From Gemmatimonadota bacterium (GTDB lineage Bacteria > Gemmatimonadota > Gemmatimonadetes > Gemmatimonadales > GWC2-71-9): a stretch of DNA of 56,669 nucleotides. Positions within the stretch are counted from its first letter, which is position 1; each line of letters opens with the position of its first letter. Below, piece after piece: positions 46,830 to 54,057 of the stretch. Below the pieces are notes generated by a model. That model was not told the origin of the DNA. It worked only from the letters and a program-made list of their open reading frames with translations, and made no database searches. The position numbers were made by a program, and so were the translations under genes. The DNA lies in assembly GCA_039591795.1 (NCBI GenBank), contig JBDHCY010000015.1:1-56669 (forward strand), written 5' to 3'.

Positions 46830-48236
46830 TCAGCCCCGGAACCCGCGGCGTCGCATCTCGCCCCAACGCTGCTCGCCACGGAGTGCATTCCAAAACCCCT
46901 TCAGGCGCCAAAAGACAGTCAACTGGCGGTACCCGAAAGGCTCGAGGAATGCGTAGAACAGCATGCGCATGAAATCGCCGAAGCGTGGATAGACACGGAA
47001 CGTGCTTTCCTCGAGAATGACAGCCCACACCGAGAGGAACATCTGGTAGCCGAGGGCCACCACGAGGAAGAGGAGCGCCACCTCGGTGTTGATGATGCCA
47101 AAGAGGGCGGCGAGAAGCGTCAGGAAGTAGCCCAGGACCTCGATGACCGGCGCGATCATTTCGCCGAAGACGAAGAATGGGAACATGACGAGTCCAGCGA
47201 GACCATAGCGCCGGTTGAGAAGCATTCCGCGGTGGGTGAGCATGGTCAGCACGAGACCACGATGCCAGCGCTCTCGCTGGCGGCCCAGCGTGCCGACGTC
47301 GGTCGGCACCTCGGTCCACGCGACGGGATCCGGAATGAACGGGATCTGGTACGGCACGCGCGTATTTCGGAGGTGCTTGTGCAACCGAACGACGAGGTCG
47401 AGGTCCTCGACGACGTTGCCAGTGGTGTACCCGCCGATCTCGAGGAGGTAGTGGCGCTGGAAGAGGCCAAACGCGCCCGAGACGATGAGGTTGCCACCGA
47501 GGCGGTTCCAGCCGAGTCGGCCGAAAAGAAACGCTCTCAGGTACTCCGGTACCTGCACGGCGGCGAGGTACTCGCGTGGGAGACGGGCGTCCGTGACCCG
47601 TGCGTGCTGAATCGCGCAGCCGTTCGCCACGCGGATCGTGCCGCCGGCAGCAGCCACGCGTGCGCCGAGGAGGAACGGGCGCGCGAGTCGAACGAGCGCG
47701 TCGGGTGTGATGATCGTGTCGGCGTCGGCAGCCACGACGAGGGGGTAGCGCGCCGCGCTGAGTCCCACATTGAGAGCGTCCGCCTTACCGCCGTTCTCCT
47801 TGTCGACGACGAGGAGATTCGAATGGGTCCGAGAGCGATAATAGCCATGGACAGGCCGCGTTTTGAGCCGACGCGGAAAGGCCGGCGGCACCTCGAAGAG
47901 CTCGAACGCCTCCATGAGGCGCTGCATCGTCCCGTCCCGCGATCCGTCGTTGATGACGATCACTTCGTGTTGGGGGTACTGCAACGACAGCTGGGCGGCG
48001 ACGCTGTCGCGGATGTTGGCCTCCATGTTGTAAGCCGGGACGATCACCGAGACCGGGGGCAGGGCCTGCGATCCGAGGTAGCGGGAGAGGTCGTCGTCGT
48101 GCGTGATCTGCCAGTGCTTCCAGATCTCGGGAATCGCGAGAAACAGCAGCAGCGCATAGAACGAGTTCAGGCCCAGGAAGTACCAGATGATGGCCCCATC
48201 GACCGTCGGTAGCAGCGCTTCGCGGATCCAGTCCAT
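46830..48236 (-). CDS. Processive membrane GT2 glycosyltransferase (PgaC/IcaA/BcsA-like synthase)
   Basis: N-terminal TM, VPAYN, NDGS, KENGGKADALN, DAD, VED, QRERW and C-terminal TMs. Start placed at ATG 48236. Confidence 0.92.
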   Translation of the reverse strand: MDWIREALLPTVDGAIIWYFLGLNSFYALLLFLAIPEIWKHWQITHDDDLSRYLGSQALPPVSVIVPAYNMEANIRDSVAAQLSLQYPQHEVIVINDGSRDGTMQRLMEAFELFEVPPAFPRRLKTRPVHGYYRSRTHSNLLVVDKENGGKADALNVGLSAARYPLVVAADADTIITPDALVRLARPFLLGARVAAAGGTIRVANGCAIQHARVTDARLPREYLAAVQVPEYLRAFLFGRLGWNRLGGNLIVSGAFGLFQRHYLLEIGGYTTGNVVEDLDLVVRLHKHLRNTRVPYQIPFIPDPVAWTEVPTDVGTLGRQRERWHRGLVLTMLTHRGMLLNRRYGLAGLVMFPFFVFGEMIAPVIEVLGYFLTLLAALFGIINTEVALLFLVVALGYQMFLSVWAVILEESTFRVYPRFGDFMRMLFYAFLEPFGYRQLTVFWRLKGFWNALRGEQRWGEMRRRGFRG

Positions 48237-48247
48237 GGTGGGCCCGG

Positions 48248-49309
48248 TTATGCCGCGTAGTCGGCGACGGCCGCCGCGCTCAGGCCGAGGATGTAATTCG
48301 CCATCTCTCGGGCGTATCGGTCGTCGCCGGCCTGGACGGCGGCGAGGATTTCGAGGCCGGGCTGGCCCAGCTGCCGCAGGGCGATCGCCGCGCGCAGCCG
48401 CACCCACCAGTTCTCATCGCTCAGAGCGCGGTGCAGCGCCGGGCACGCTTCGACGGCGCCGATCGCGCCGAGGGCTGCAGCTGCCTGTGTGCGCACCTGC
48501 CACGCGGCATCACCGAGCAGCGTGAGGAGAGCCTTCGTCGCGGCCGGATGCGGGAAGCTTCCGAGCGTTCGTGCTGCAGCGACGCGAACCTCGAGGTTCT
48601 CGTCCTTGGCGTACGGCAGCACGTACTGAAACAGCTCAGGAACGGCGAGCTCGCCCGCCAGGGTCACCCACGCCTGCCGCTGCACGGCGGCGTATTCTCC
48701 CTTGAGGCGCTCGATGAGCATGGGCCCCAGCGGCCCTCGTAGAGAGACCAGGGTGTCGAAGACAAACCCCCGCACCACCCTGGGCGCGGTGACGGCCTTG
48801 TCGAGGATCGTCGCCAGGAGATCGGGAGTGCGCACGCGAGTGAGCGCGGAGATCGCGGCGATCTGGATGGCCGGGTTTTCATCGGCCACGAGTGCACGCA
48901 CCAGATCGAGGTCGTCCTCGGTCGCCACACCCGCGAGGAGCCGAGCCGATCCGAGCCGCCGCCACCACAGGCGAGAGCGAGCATTGCGCCGAATGCGTCT
49001 CGACCATTTAGTCGGGCGGATCACGCTCACCAACTGTTCCCACTGCTCACCCTCGATCTGCGCCCCATACTGTTGGAACACCGAGGCGACCGTCGCAGGG
49101 CCCCGGCCGTCGATGTCGGCGCGGAAGTCATCGGCGCTGAGCTCACCCGCGAGCCACGCTCGGACTACTCCGACGAACTGTCCTTCGTCGACCATCGTTC
49201 GCTCGAACCGACGACGGAGCAGCCATCGGTGGGCGATCAAGAGAAACAACGTGCCGCCGAGGAAGGCGAGCTGGACCACGGCGATCACGAGGAGGACGGA
49301 GGCCTTCAT
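48248..49309 (-). CDS. Membrane-anchored HEAT-repeat protein
   Basis: N-terminal TM, then repeats D..LEVRVAAARTLG, D.AWQVRTQAAAALG and DENWWVRLRAAIAL. ATGA overlap with the regulator stop. Confidence 0.88.
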   Translation of the reverse strand: MKASVLLVIAVVQLAFLGGTLFLLIAHRWLLRRRFERTMVDEGQFVGVVRAWLAGELSADDFRADIDGRGPATVASVFQQYGAQIEGEQWEQLVSVIRPTKWSRRIRRNARSRLWWRRLGSARLLAGVATEDDLDLVRALVADENPAIQIAAISALTRVRTPDLLATILDKAVTAPRVVRGFVFDTLVSLRGPLGPMLIERLKGEYAAVQRQAWVTLAGELAVPELFQYVLPYAKDENLEVRVAAARTLGSFPHPAATKALLTLLGDAAWQVRTQAAAALGAIGAVEACPALHRALSDENWWVRLRAAIALRQLGQPGLEILAAVQAGDDRYAREMANYILGLSAAAVADYAA

Positions 49310-50835
49310 GCGGCCCCCCCGGGGCGGAACAGTCGCTCGACTTTTGCCACCACGACCGGAATGCTCACCGGCTTGACGAGGTAATCGGCCGCGCCACAAC
49401 GAAGCGCTTTGATCTGCTCGCGCTCGCCGGAGTGGACGGTCACGATGACAATCTGGAAATCCCCGGGCCGAGCACGGTGGATCTGCTGCAGTGCGCTGAA
49501 ACCGTCGAGGCCCGGCAGGTCGACGTCGAGGAGCACCACCGGCTTCCGGTCCTGTGTATCGCTTGCGAGGAGCGCATCGAGCGCTTCGCGACCGTTCGTG
49601 AATGCCTGGCACCGGAAGCCACGGTTCGTGAGTGCGTACTCGAGCATTTCGAGGAGGGCGGTGTCGTCCTCGATGAGGTAGACGTCAACCTCTGCCGTCG
49701 TCCCTCGGTGGGAGGGCGCCGCCGAGAATACATCGAGACTGCGGCCCCTCCGCACTCCCGCCAATACGGCCGCTTTGAGCTCATGTGCCCGAACGGGTTT
49801 CACCAACACTCGGTCCGCTCCTGCCTCGAACGCTTCCAGTCGGCGATGGGGATCTTCGTGGCCTGTGACCACCACGGCGGGGAGATCGCGCCATTCCGGT
49901 GAGCTGCGGAGTGCTCGGAGGATCTCTGGGCCCCGGGCGGTCGGCATCTCGAGGTCGAGGATGAGCAGGTCGGGAGGCGCGTCCGCGGCTCGGGCGAACA
50001 CCTGGAGCGGGTCGTCGAGCACTTCGACTTCCAACCCCCAGGACTCGAGCGCCGTGCGGAGGAACTTCTGGAAGCCCGGGTCGTCGTCGATCAGGAGTAC
50101 GCGCTCGCCGAGAACCTGTGTCGGGGAGAGAAGACGGGCCCACCCGTCGAAGAGGGCGTGCCCGTCGTGCGGGCCGGCGAGGACGAGATCGGCCCCGGCC
50201 CCGGCCGCCGCGATTCGCTCGGTCGCGCTGTTGGTCTCGAGCAGGGCAACGATCGGGACACCCCGCGCGGCCTCACGGAGCTTGCTGATCCAAGCGGAGT
50301 TCCCGGCAGCAGATCCCCCTCCACCCACAGCGATCAGTTGCACGCCGGCGAGCGAGCGTGAAACGGCCGCTTCGACGGAGTCAGCTGTCTCGAGTCGCCA
50401 GCCCCGAGTCGAGACGGTCTCCCAGACCATGCCGCGGACCTCGGGATCGTCGTGCACCAAGAGCGCGTGGACGCCGAGCGGTACGGCGCCATTCCCCTCC
50501 GGGCCGGTGGCAGCCGCAGCCTCTAGGGCCTCGAGCTCTGCTCGAAGGGCATCCACCTGCGTTTCGACGGGACGGTTCGTCCCGCCGTCGACCCAGCCTC
50601 CCACGAGCGTCTCGATTCGTCCGGCCACCTCACCGACCTGCCCAAAGCCCCAGGTGCCGGCGGAGCCGTGCAGCTTGTGCAGGTCCCGCCGCAAAGCGTC
50701 GAGTCGATCACGCTCGGCGCCGTGTTCGTCGCCGCTCAGCGCCTCGAGGAGCGAGCGCACCTCGGCAATCCGATCCCCAATGGACCGGCGATAGCCGTCC
50801 TGCATCCGCTTCCAATCCGTTCCAGTTGCCTGCAT
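49306..50835 (-). CDS. Hpt + three receiver-domain phosphorelay protein (no output domain)
   Basis: LHKLHGSAGTWGF (Hpt). REC1 lacks the acceptor Asp (LIAVG). REC2 LILDLEMP…KP and REC3 VLLDVDLP…KP are intact. Confidence 0.9.
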   Translation of the reverse strand: MQATGTDWKRMQDGYRRSIGDRIAEVRSLLEALSGDEHGAERDRLDALRRDLHKLHGSAGTWGFGQVGEVAGRIETLVGGWVDGGTNRPVETQVDALRAELEALEAAAATGPEGNGAVPLGVHALLVHDDPEVRGMVWETVSTRGWRLETADSVEAAVSRSLAGVQLIAVGGGGSAAGNSAWISKLREAARGVPIVALLETNSATERIAAAGAGADLVLAGPHDGHALFDGWARLLSPTQVLGERVLLIDDDPGFQKFLRTALESWGLEVEVLDDPLQVFARAADAPPDLLILDLEMPTARGPEILRALRSSPEWRDLPAVVVTGHEDPHRRLEAFEAGADRVLVKPVRAHELKAAVLAGVRRGRSLDVFSAAPSHRGTTAEVDVYLIEDDTALLEMLEYALTNRGFRCQAFTNGREALDALLASDTQDRKPVVLLDVDLPGLDGFSALQQIHRARPGDFQIVIVTVHSGEREQIKALRCGAADYLVKPVSIPVVVAKVERLFRPGGAA

Positions 50836-50895
50836 CAGGCTCCGCGCTTGTCATCGTTGCGTACGCGCAAATGATGCGATTTGCGAGATCCAGCG

Positions 50896-50910
50896 GCAAT
50901 GCGTATGCCA
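50896..50910 (-). promoter_or_regulatory. Sigma54 (-24/-12) promoter of the regulator-HEAT-GT2 operon
   Basis: Minus strand TGGCATACGCATTGC (GG-N10-GC). Predicted +1 is about 50 nt before the ATG at 50835. Confidence 0.8.
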
Positions 50911-51272
50911 CGCTCTAAGGGATAGGGATCTGTGACAACGTCGGTTTCCAGCGACATTTCAAAGCTTTATATGACAACGACTTGACACGCGCCCAGCTCG
51001 CGGCTGGCCCACCCGGTCTTGGGGGACGATCAGAACCGCGGACGCATCCCCGAAACGGTCGTTGCAAGGTGCACATGGTCATTGCGCGAAGCCTTCTCGA
51101 GGACCTGGGTGTGGCTGGCACACTACAACGATGTCCTCCGGCGTCGCTCCGAATGCTGCAACCATCCGACATTCGCGTCGAGAAACTCATCGGTTTGTTG
51201 AGCGTCTGCTGCGCTCTAATGCCCAATCCGTGCTGTTTTCATACCGATCATGGCATTTGGCACGGTCTCTCC

Positions 51273-51288
51273 TGGAATGACAGTTGCA
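51273..51288 (+). promoter_or_regulatory. Sigma54-type promoter for flp copy 1
   Basis: TGGAATGACAGTTGCA (GG-N10-GC). Confidence 0.7.
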
Positions 51289-51457
51289 ACTCGTCGCAGT
51301 CGACCGAGCGAGAACGCTGTGGCTGGCGAGATCGGTCTCGCCAATCGCCAATCGGCGACGGCCTCGTCGGTCGCAGTAACTGGGGAGGGGCGCAACCCCG
51401 AATTGGGTCGGGCGCGACCCGTTCTCACCACCGGCTGGACGGCCAGGAGGCATCATC

Positions 51458-51655
51458 ATGCAGGAGCTGTGGAACCGACTGTGGAGCGACGAGTCAGGCC
51501 AGGGGATGGTCGAGTACGCCCTCATCGTCGCGCTGGTCGCAATTGGCCTAATCGCGGTGTTCCTGTACCTCCGCAATTCCGCGGGACAGGTGCTGGACAC
51601 GGCGGCCGACTCGTTGGCGGCGCAGCCCACGGCGGGCTACGTCCCGACCCCGTAG
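51458..51655 (+). CDS. flp: Flp/Fap type IVc pilin, copy 1
   Basis: AGGAGG RBS and SG|QGMVEYALIVALVAIGLI motif. Confidence 0.95.
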   Translation: MQELWNRLWSDESGQGMVEYALIVALVAIGLIAVFLYLRNSAGQVLDTAADSLAAQPTAGYVPTP

Positions 51656-51673
51656 CTGGGTCGAAGATCGGTC

Positions 51674-51720
51674 GCGCTCTCTAGGGGGGGCTGGCCATCG
51701 CCAGTCTCCCCTGAGTGCGC
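51674..51720 (+). terminator. Strong GC hairpin after flp1 (terminator or stabiliser)
   Basis: GCGC…AGGGG…CTGGC-CATC-GCCAG…CCCCT…GCGC, with no U-tract. Confidence 0.45.
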
Positions 51721-51788
51721 CAGGTCACCGAGACGCTGCGAGGTATGTCGTCGTCTCAAATGGCGCGAGACCGCCGGATGGCGGCGTG

Positions 51789-51804
51789 GGGAACAGGAGT
51801 TGCA
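51789..51804 (+). promoter_or_regulatory. Sigma54-type promoter for flp copy 2
   Basis: GGGAACAGGAGTTGCA (GG-N10-GC), at nearly the same distance from the flp ATG as copy 1. Confidence 0.6.
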
Positions 51805-51978
51805 TTGAGTCCACGATTGGCCGTGTGAGTTGTCGTGGCGGAGGGCGGAATCAGGTTCGCCCAAACCCGATGGCGTGGACTCCGCGGCTTGCAGCGCGAA
51901 GGCAGGTTGGAAAGCCCGAACTGGGTCGGGCGCGCAACCGATCTTCACCAACGGCCTGACGGGCCAGGAGGCATCACC

Positions 51979-52176
51979 ATGCAGGAGTTGTGGAACCGAC
52001 TGTGGAGCGACGAGTCAGGCCAGGGGATGGTCGAGTACGCCCTCATCGTCGCGCTGGTCGCAATTGGCCTAATCGCTGTGTTCCTGTACCTCCGCAATTC
52101 CGCGGGACAGGTGCTGGACACGGCGGCCGACTCGTTGGCGGCGCAGCCCACGGCGGGCTACGTCCCGACCCCGTGA
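51979..52176 (+). CDS. flp: Flp/Fap pilin, copy 2 (protein identical to copy 1)
   Basis: Same 65-aa sequence, with two synonymous differences and a different stop codon. Confidence 0.95.
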   Translation: MQELWNRLWSDESGQGMVEYALIVALVAIGLIAVFLYLRNSAGQVLDTAADSLAAQPTAGYVPTP

Positions 52177-52208
52177 GTCGGGTTTATCGATGCGGAATCG
52201 TCGGGTTT

Positions 52209-52238
52209 CCGGAGGCCGGGCCGTGGTTCGGCCTCCGG
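52209..52238 (+). terminator. 10-bp GC hairpin after flp2
   Basis: CCGGAGGCCG-N10-CGGCCTCCGG, with no U-tract. Confidence 0.45.
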
Positions 52239-52264
52239 CCCGCGACCGTGCACTGGGGGATTGA

Positions 52265-52789
52265 GTGCTCTCGATAGTAGCCAGCGTCGTGCTCGTCGGA
52301 GTGCTCCTCGGAGCGTGTTGGTTCGACGTTCGTGCGCGACGCATCCCCAATGCCCTCACGGTGGTCGGGGTGATTGCTGCGCTCGTCTTGCGCGGCTTTC
52401 TGGGTGCGGGGGCGGTGTTCGAGGGAATCGGGGGAGCTGGACTGGCGCTGCTCGTGGCGCTGCCGCCGTTTGCGCTTGGGATGCTGGGAGGGGGGGACGC
52501 GAAGTTGCTCGCGGCGGTCGGTGGGTTCATGGGCATCGACCATCTCCTTGGAGCACTGCTGGCGATTGCGGTGCTCGGCGGAGGCCTGGCTGTCTTCGAG
52601 GCATTGCGACGCCGCGTGCTGATCAAAGCCGTGGCGAACACATACGGCTTTGCAAAGCAGTGGTTGCTCCTGGGGCGCGCTGGCGGCGCCCCGACGATTG
52701 CTTCGCCGCACGCGCTCACGGTGCCGTACGGTGTGGCGATCGCAGGAGGGGCGCTGACGTGGTGGTTTCTGACGGGAGCGCAGTTATGA
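52265..52789 (+). CDS. cpaA: A24 prepilin peptidase (CpaA/TadV)
   Basis: FD…RRIPN, LGGGDAKL and VPYGVAI. Confidence 0.92.
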   Translation: MLSIVASVVLVGVLLGACWFDVRARRIPNALTVVGVIAALVLRGFLGAGAVFEGIGGAGLALLVALPPFALGMLGGGDAKLLAAVGGFMGIDHLLGALLAIAVLGGGLAVFEALRRRVLIKAVANTYGFAKQWLLLGRAGGAPTIASPHALTVPYGVAIAGGALTWWFLTGAQL

Positions 52790-53202
52790 GGATGTTCAGA
52801 CGTCGGAGTGAAGACAGCGGACAGGCGATGGTCGAGTTCGCGATCGTCCTGCCTCTGCTGCTGATGCTCATGGTAGCAGTGTTCGAGTTCGGCCGGGCAT
52901 GGAACGTCTATCAGGTGCTGACCGACGCGGCGCGGCACGCGGCTCGCAGTGCAACGGTTGCAGACCCCACGGTGACCCAGGATTCCGTCATCCAGATCGC
53001 GCAGAACGCAATGGCGCGTGGCGCAATCAACGTGAGCAAGGCCACCGTGACGGTAACGGGCTTTCGGACTGGGACAGGAACACCGGCGACGGTGACGATT
53101 CAGTTGCCGTATGAGTTCGTTGTCCTCCGGCCCTTCATGGGCTGGACCGCCGCCGAGTCCAATTTCACGCTCACGACGATGTTCACCATGCGGAACGAGT
53201 AG
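52786..53202 (+). CDS. tadE: TadE/TadG-like pseudopilin
   Basis: SG|QAMVEFAIVLPLLL…EFG…AAR.AAR. ATGA overlap with cpaA. Confidence 0.9.
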   Translation: MRMFRRRSEDSGQAMVEFAIVLPLLLMLMVAVFEFGRAWNVYQVLTDAARHAARSATVADPTVTQDSVIQIAQNAMARGAINVSKATVTVTGFRTGTGTPATVTIQLPYEFVVLRPFMGWTAAESNFTLTTMFTMRNE

Positions 53203-53213
53203 AGGGCTGCCCA

Positions 53214-54038
53214 ATGCGACAGCGACGATTGTGGGTGATCATGGTTTTGGCACTGGGCTCGGGCGGCTTCGCCGCCTTCTTCGCCCTACGCTACCTGCGT
53301 CAACAGACGCCACGGTTCATCGCGTCCGAAACGCCGCGTGCGAGCGTCGCGATCGCGGCGCGCGACATGAACCTCGGTACGATTCTCGGGCCGGAGGACG
53401 TGAAGCTCATCGACTGGCCGGAGGAGGCGGTGCCGCCCGGGTACGTGTCTTCGGCCGAGGCGATCGTGGGCCGTGGGTTGATCGCGCCGGTACGGGCCAA
53501 CGAAGTGCTTCTCGAGACGAAGCTCGCCACGAAGGATGCAGGAGGCGGCCTCGCGATCTCGATCCCGGAGGGCATGCGAGCGGTCAGCGTGCGGGTGGAC
53601 GAGGTCATCGGCGTCGCGGGCTTCGTCCTGCCCGCGACCAGGGTCGACGTCATGGTGACGCTTCCGCCCAGGCCGCCTCGCAGCGAGACGATGACGCAGG
53701 TGTTCCTCCAGAACATCCAGGCGCTCGCTGCTGGGCAGCTCGTGCAGCAGGATGCGGAAGGCAAGCCGGTGATTGTCGCAGTGATCACACTCCTCGTGAG
53801 CCCCGAACAGGGCGAGCTCCTCGTCCTCGGCGCGAACGAAGGCAAGATCCAGCTGGCACTTCGCAACACACTGGACTTGGACGATATCGAAACGCGGGGT
53901 GCGCAGGTGAGCGATCTGCTGCGCCGAATCCCGCGCGCGCCGCGCCCCAACAACACGGCACGTGTAGTGGCACGCGGCGATACGTCGACCGTCGTCGAAG
54001 CATACAAGGGCGGCGTCCGAACTCTCATCAAGTTCTAG
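53214..54038 (+). CDS. cpaB: Flp pilus assembly protein CpaB/RcpC
   Basis: SAF domain (IAARDM..G), GMRAVSV, GVAGFVLP..RVDV and LALRN. Confidence 0.95.
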   Translation: MRQRRLWVIMVLALGSGGFAAFFALRYLRQQTPRFIASETPRASVAIAARDMNLGTILGPEDVKLIDWPEEAVPPGYVSSAEAIVGRGLIAPVRANEVLLETKLATKDAGGGLAISIPEGMRAVSVRVDEVIGVAGFVLPATRVDVMVTLPPRPPRSETMTQVFLQNIQALAAGQLVQQDAEGKPVIVAVITLLVSPEQGELLVLGANEGKIQLALRNTLDLDDIETRGAQVSDLLRRIPRAPRPNNTARVVARGDTSTVVEAYKGGVRTLIKF

Positions 54039-54057
54039 GGGAAGGGGATAACCGATC

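Larger units (their letters stand above)
51273..51655 (+). repeat. Tandem unit copy 1: promoter + leader + flp
   Basis: Homologous to 51789-52176. CDS nearly identical, leader diverged. Confidence 0.85.
51789..52176 (+). repeat. Tandem unit copy 2: promoter + leader + flp
   Basis: Homologous to 51273-51655. Confidence 0.85.

Noticed and set aside
46828-47319. Long N-terminal extensions in the ORF track (also 34833-35408, 44186-44434, 48237-48407, 49310-49612 and 52261-52785)
   Set aside because: They overlap neighbouring genes. Downstream starts give signal peptides and stop/start coupling.
42368-48236. Assignment to Pga, Bcs, Pel or Nfr systems
   Set aside because: No deacetylase, PilZ, MshEN, BcsB, PgaD or PelD/F/G equivalents are visible, so it is left unassigned.
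51258-51273. TGGCACG sigma54 -24 element
   Set aside because: The -12 position is CC, not GC. The adjacent motif at 51273-51288 fits better.
51905-51945. c-di-GMP-II riboswitch resemblance (GGAAA…GCGCAACCGA) in flp leader 2
   Set aside because: Too short for the kink-turn and pseudoknot arms, and the 3' word is not kept at the same position in leader 1.
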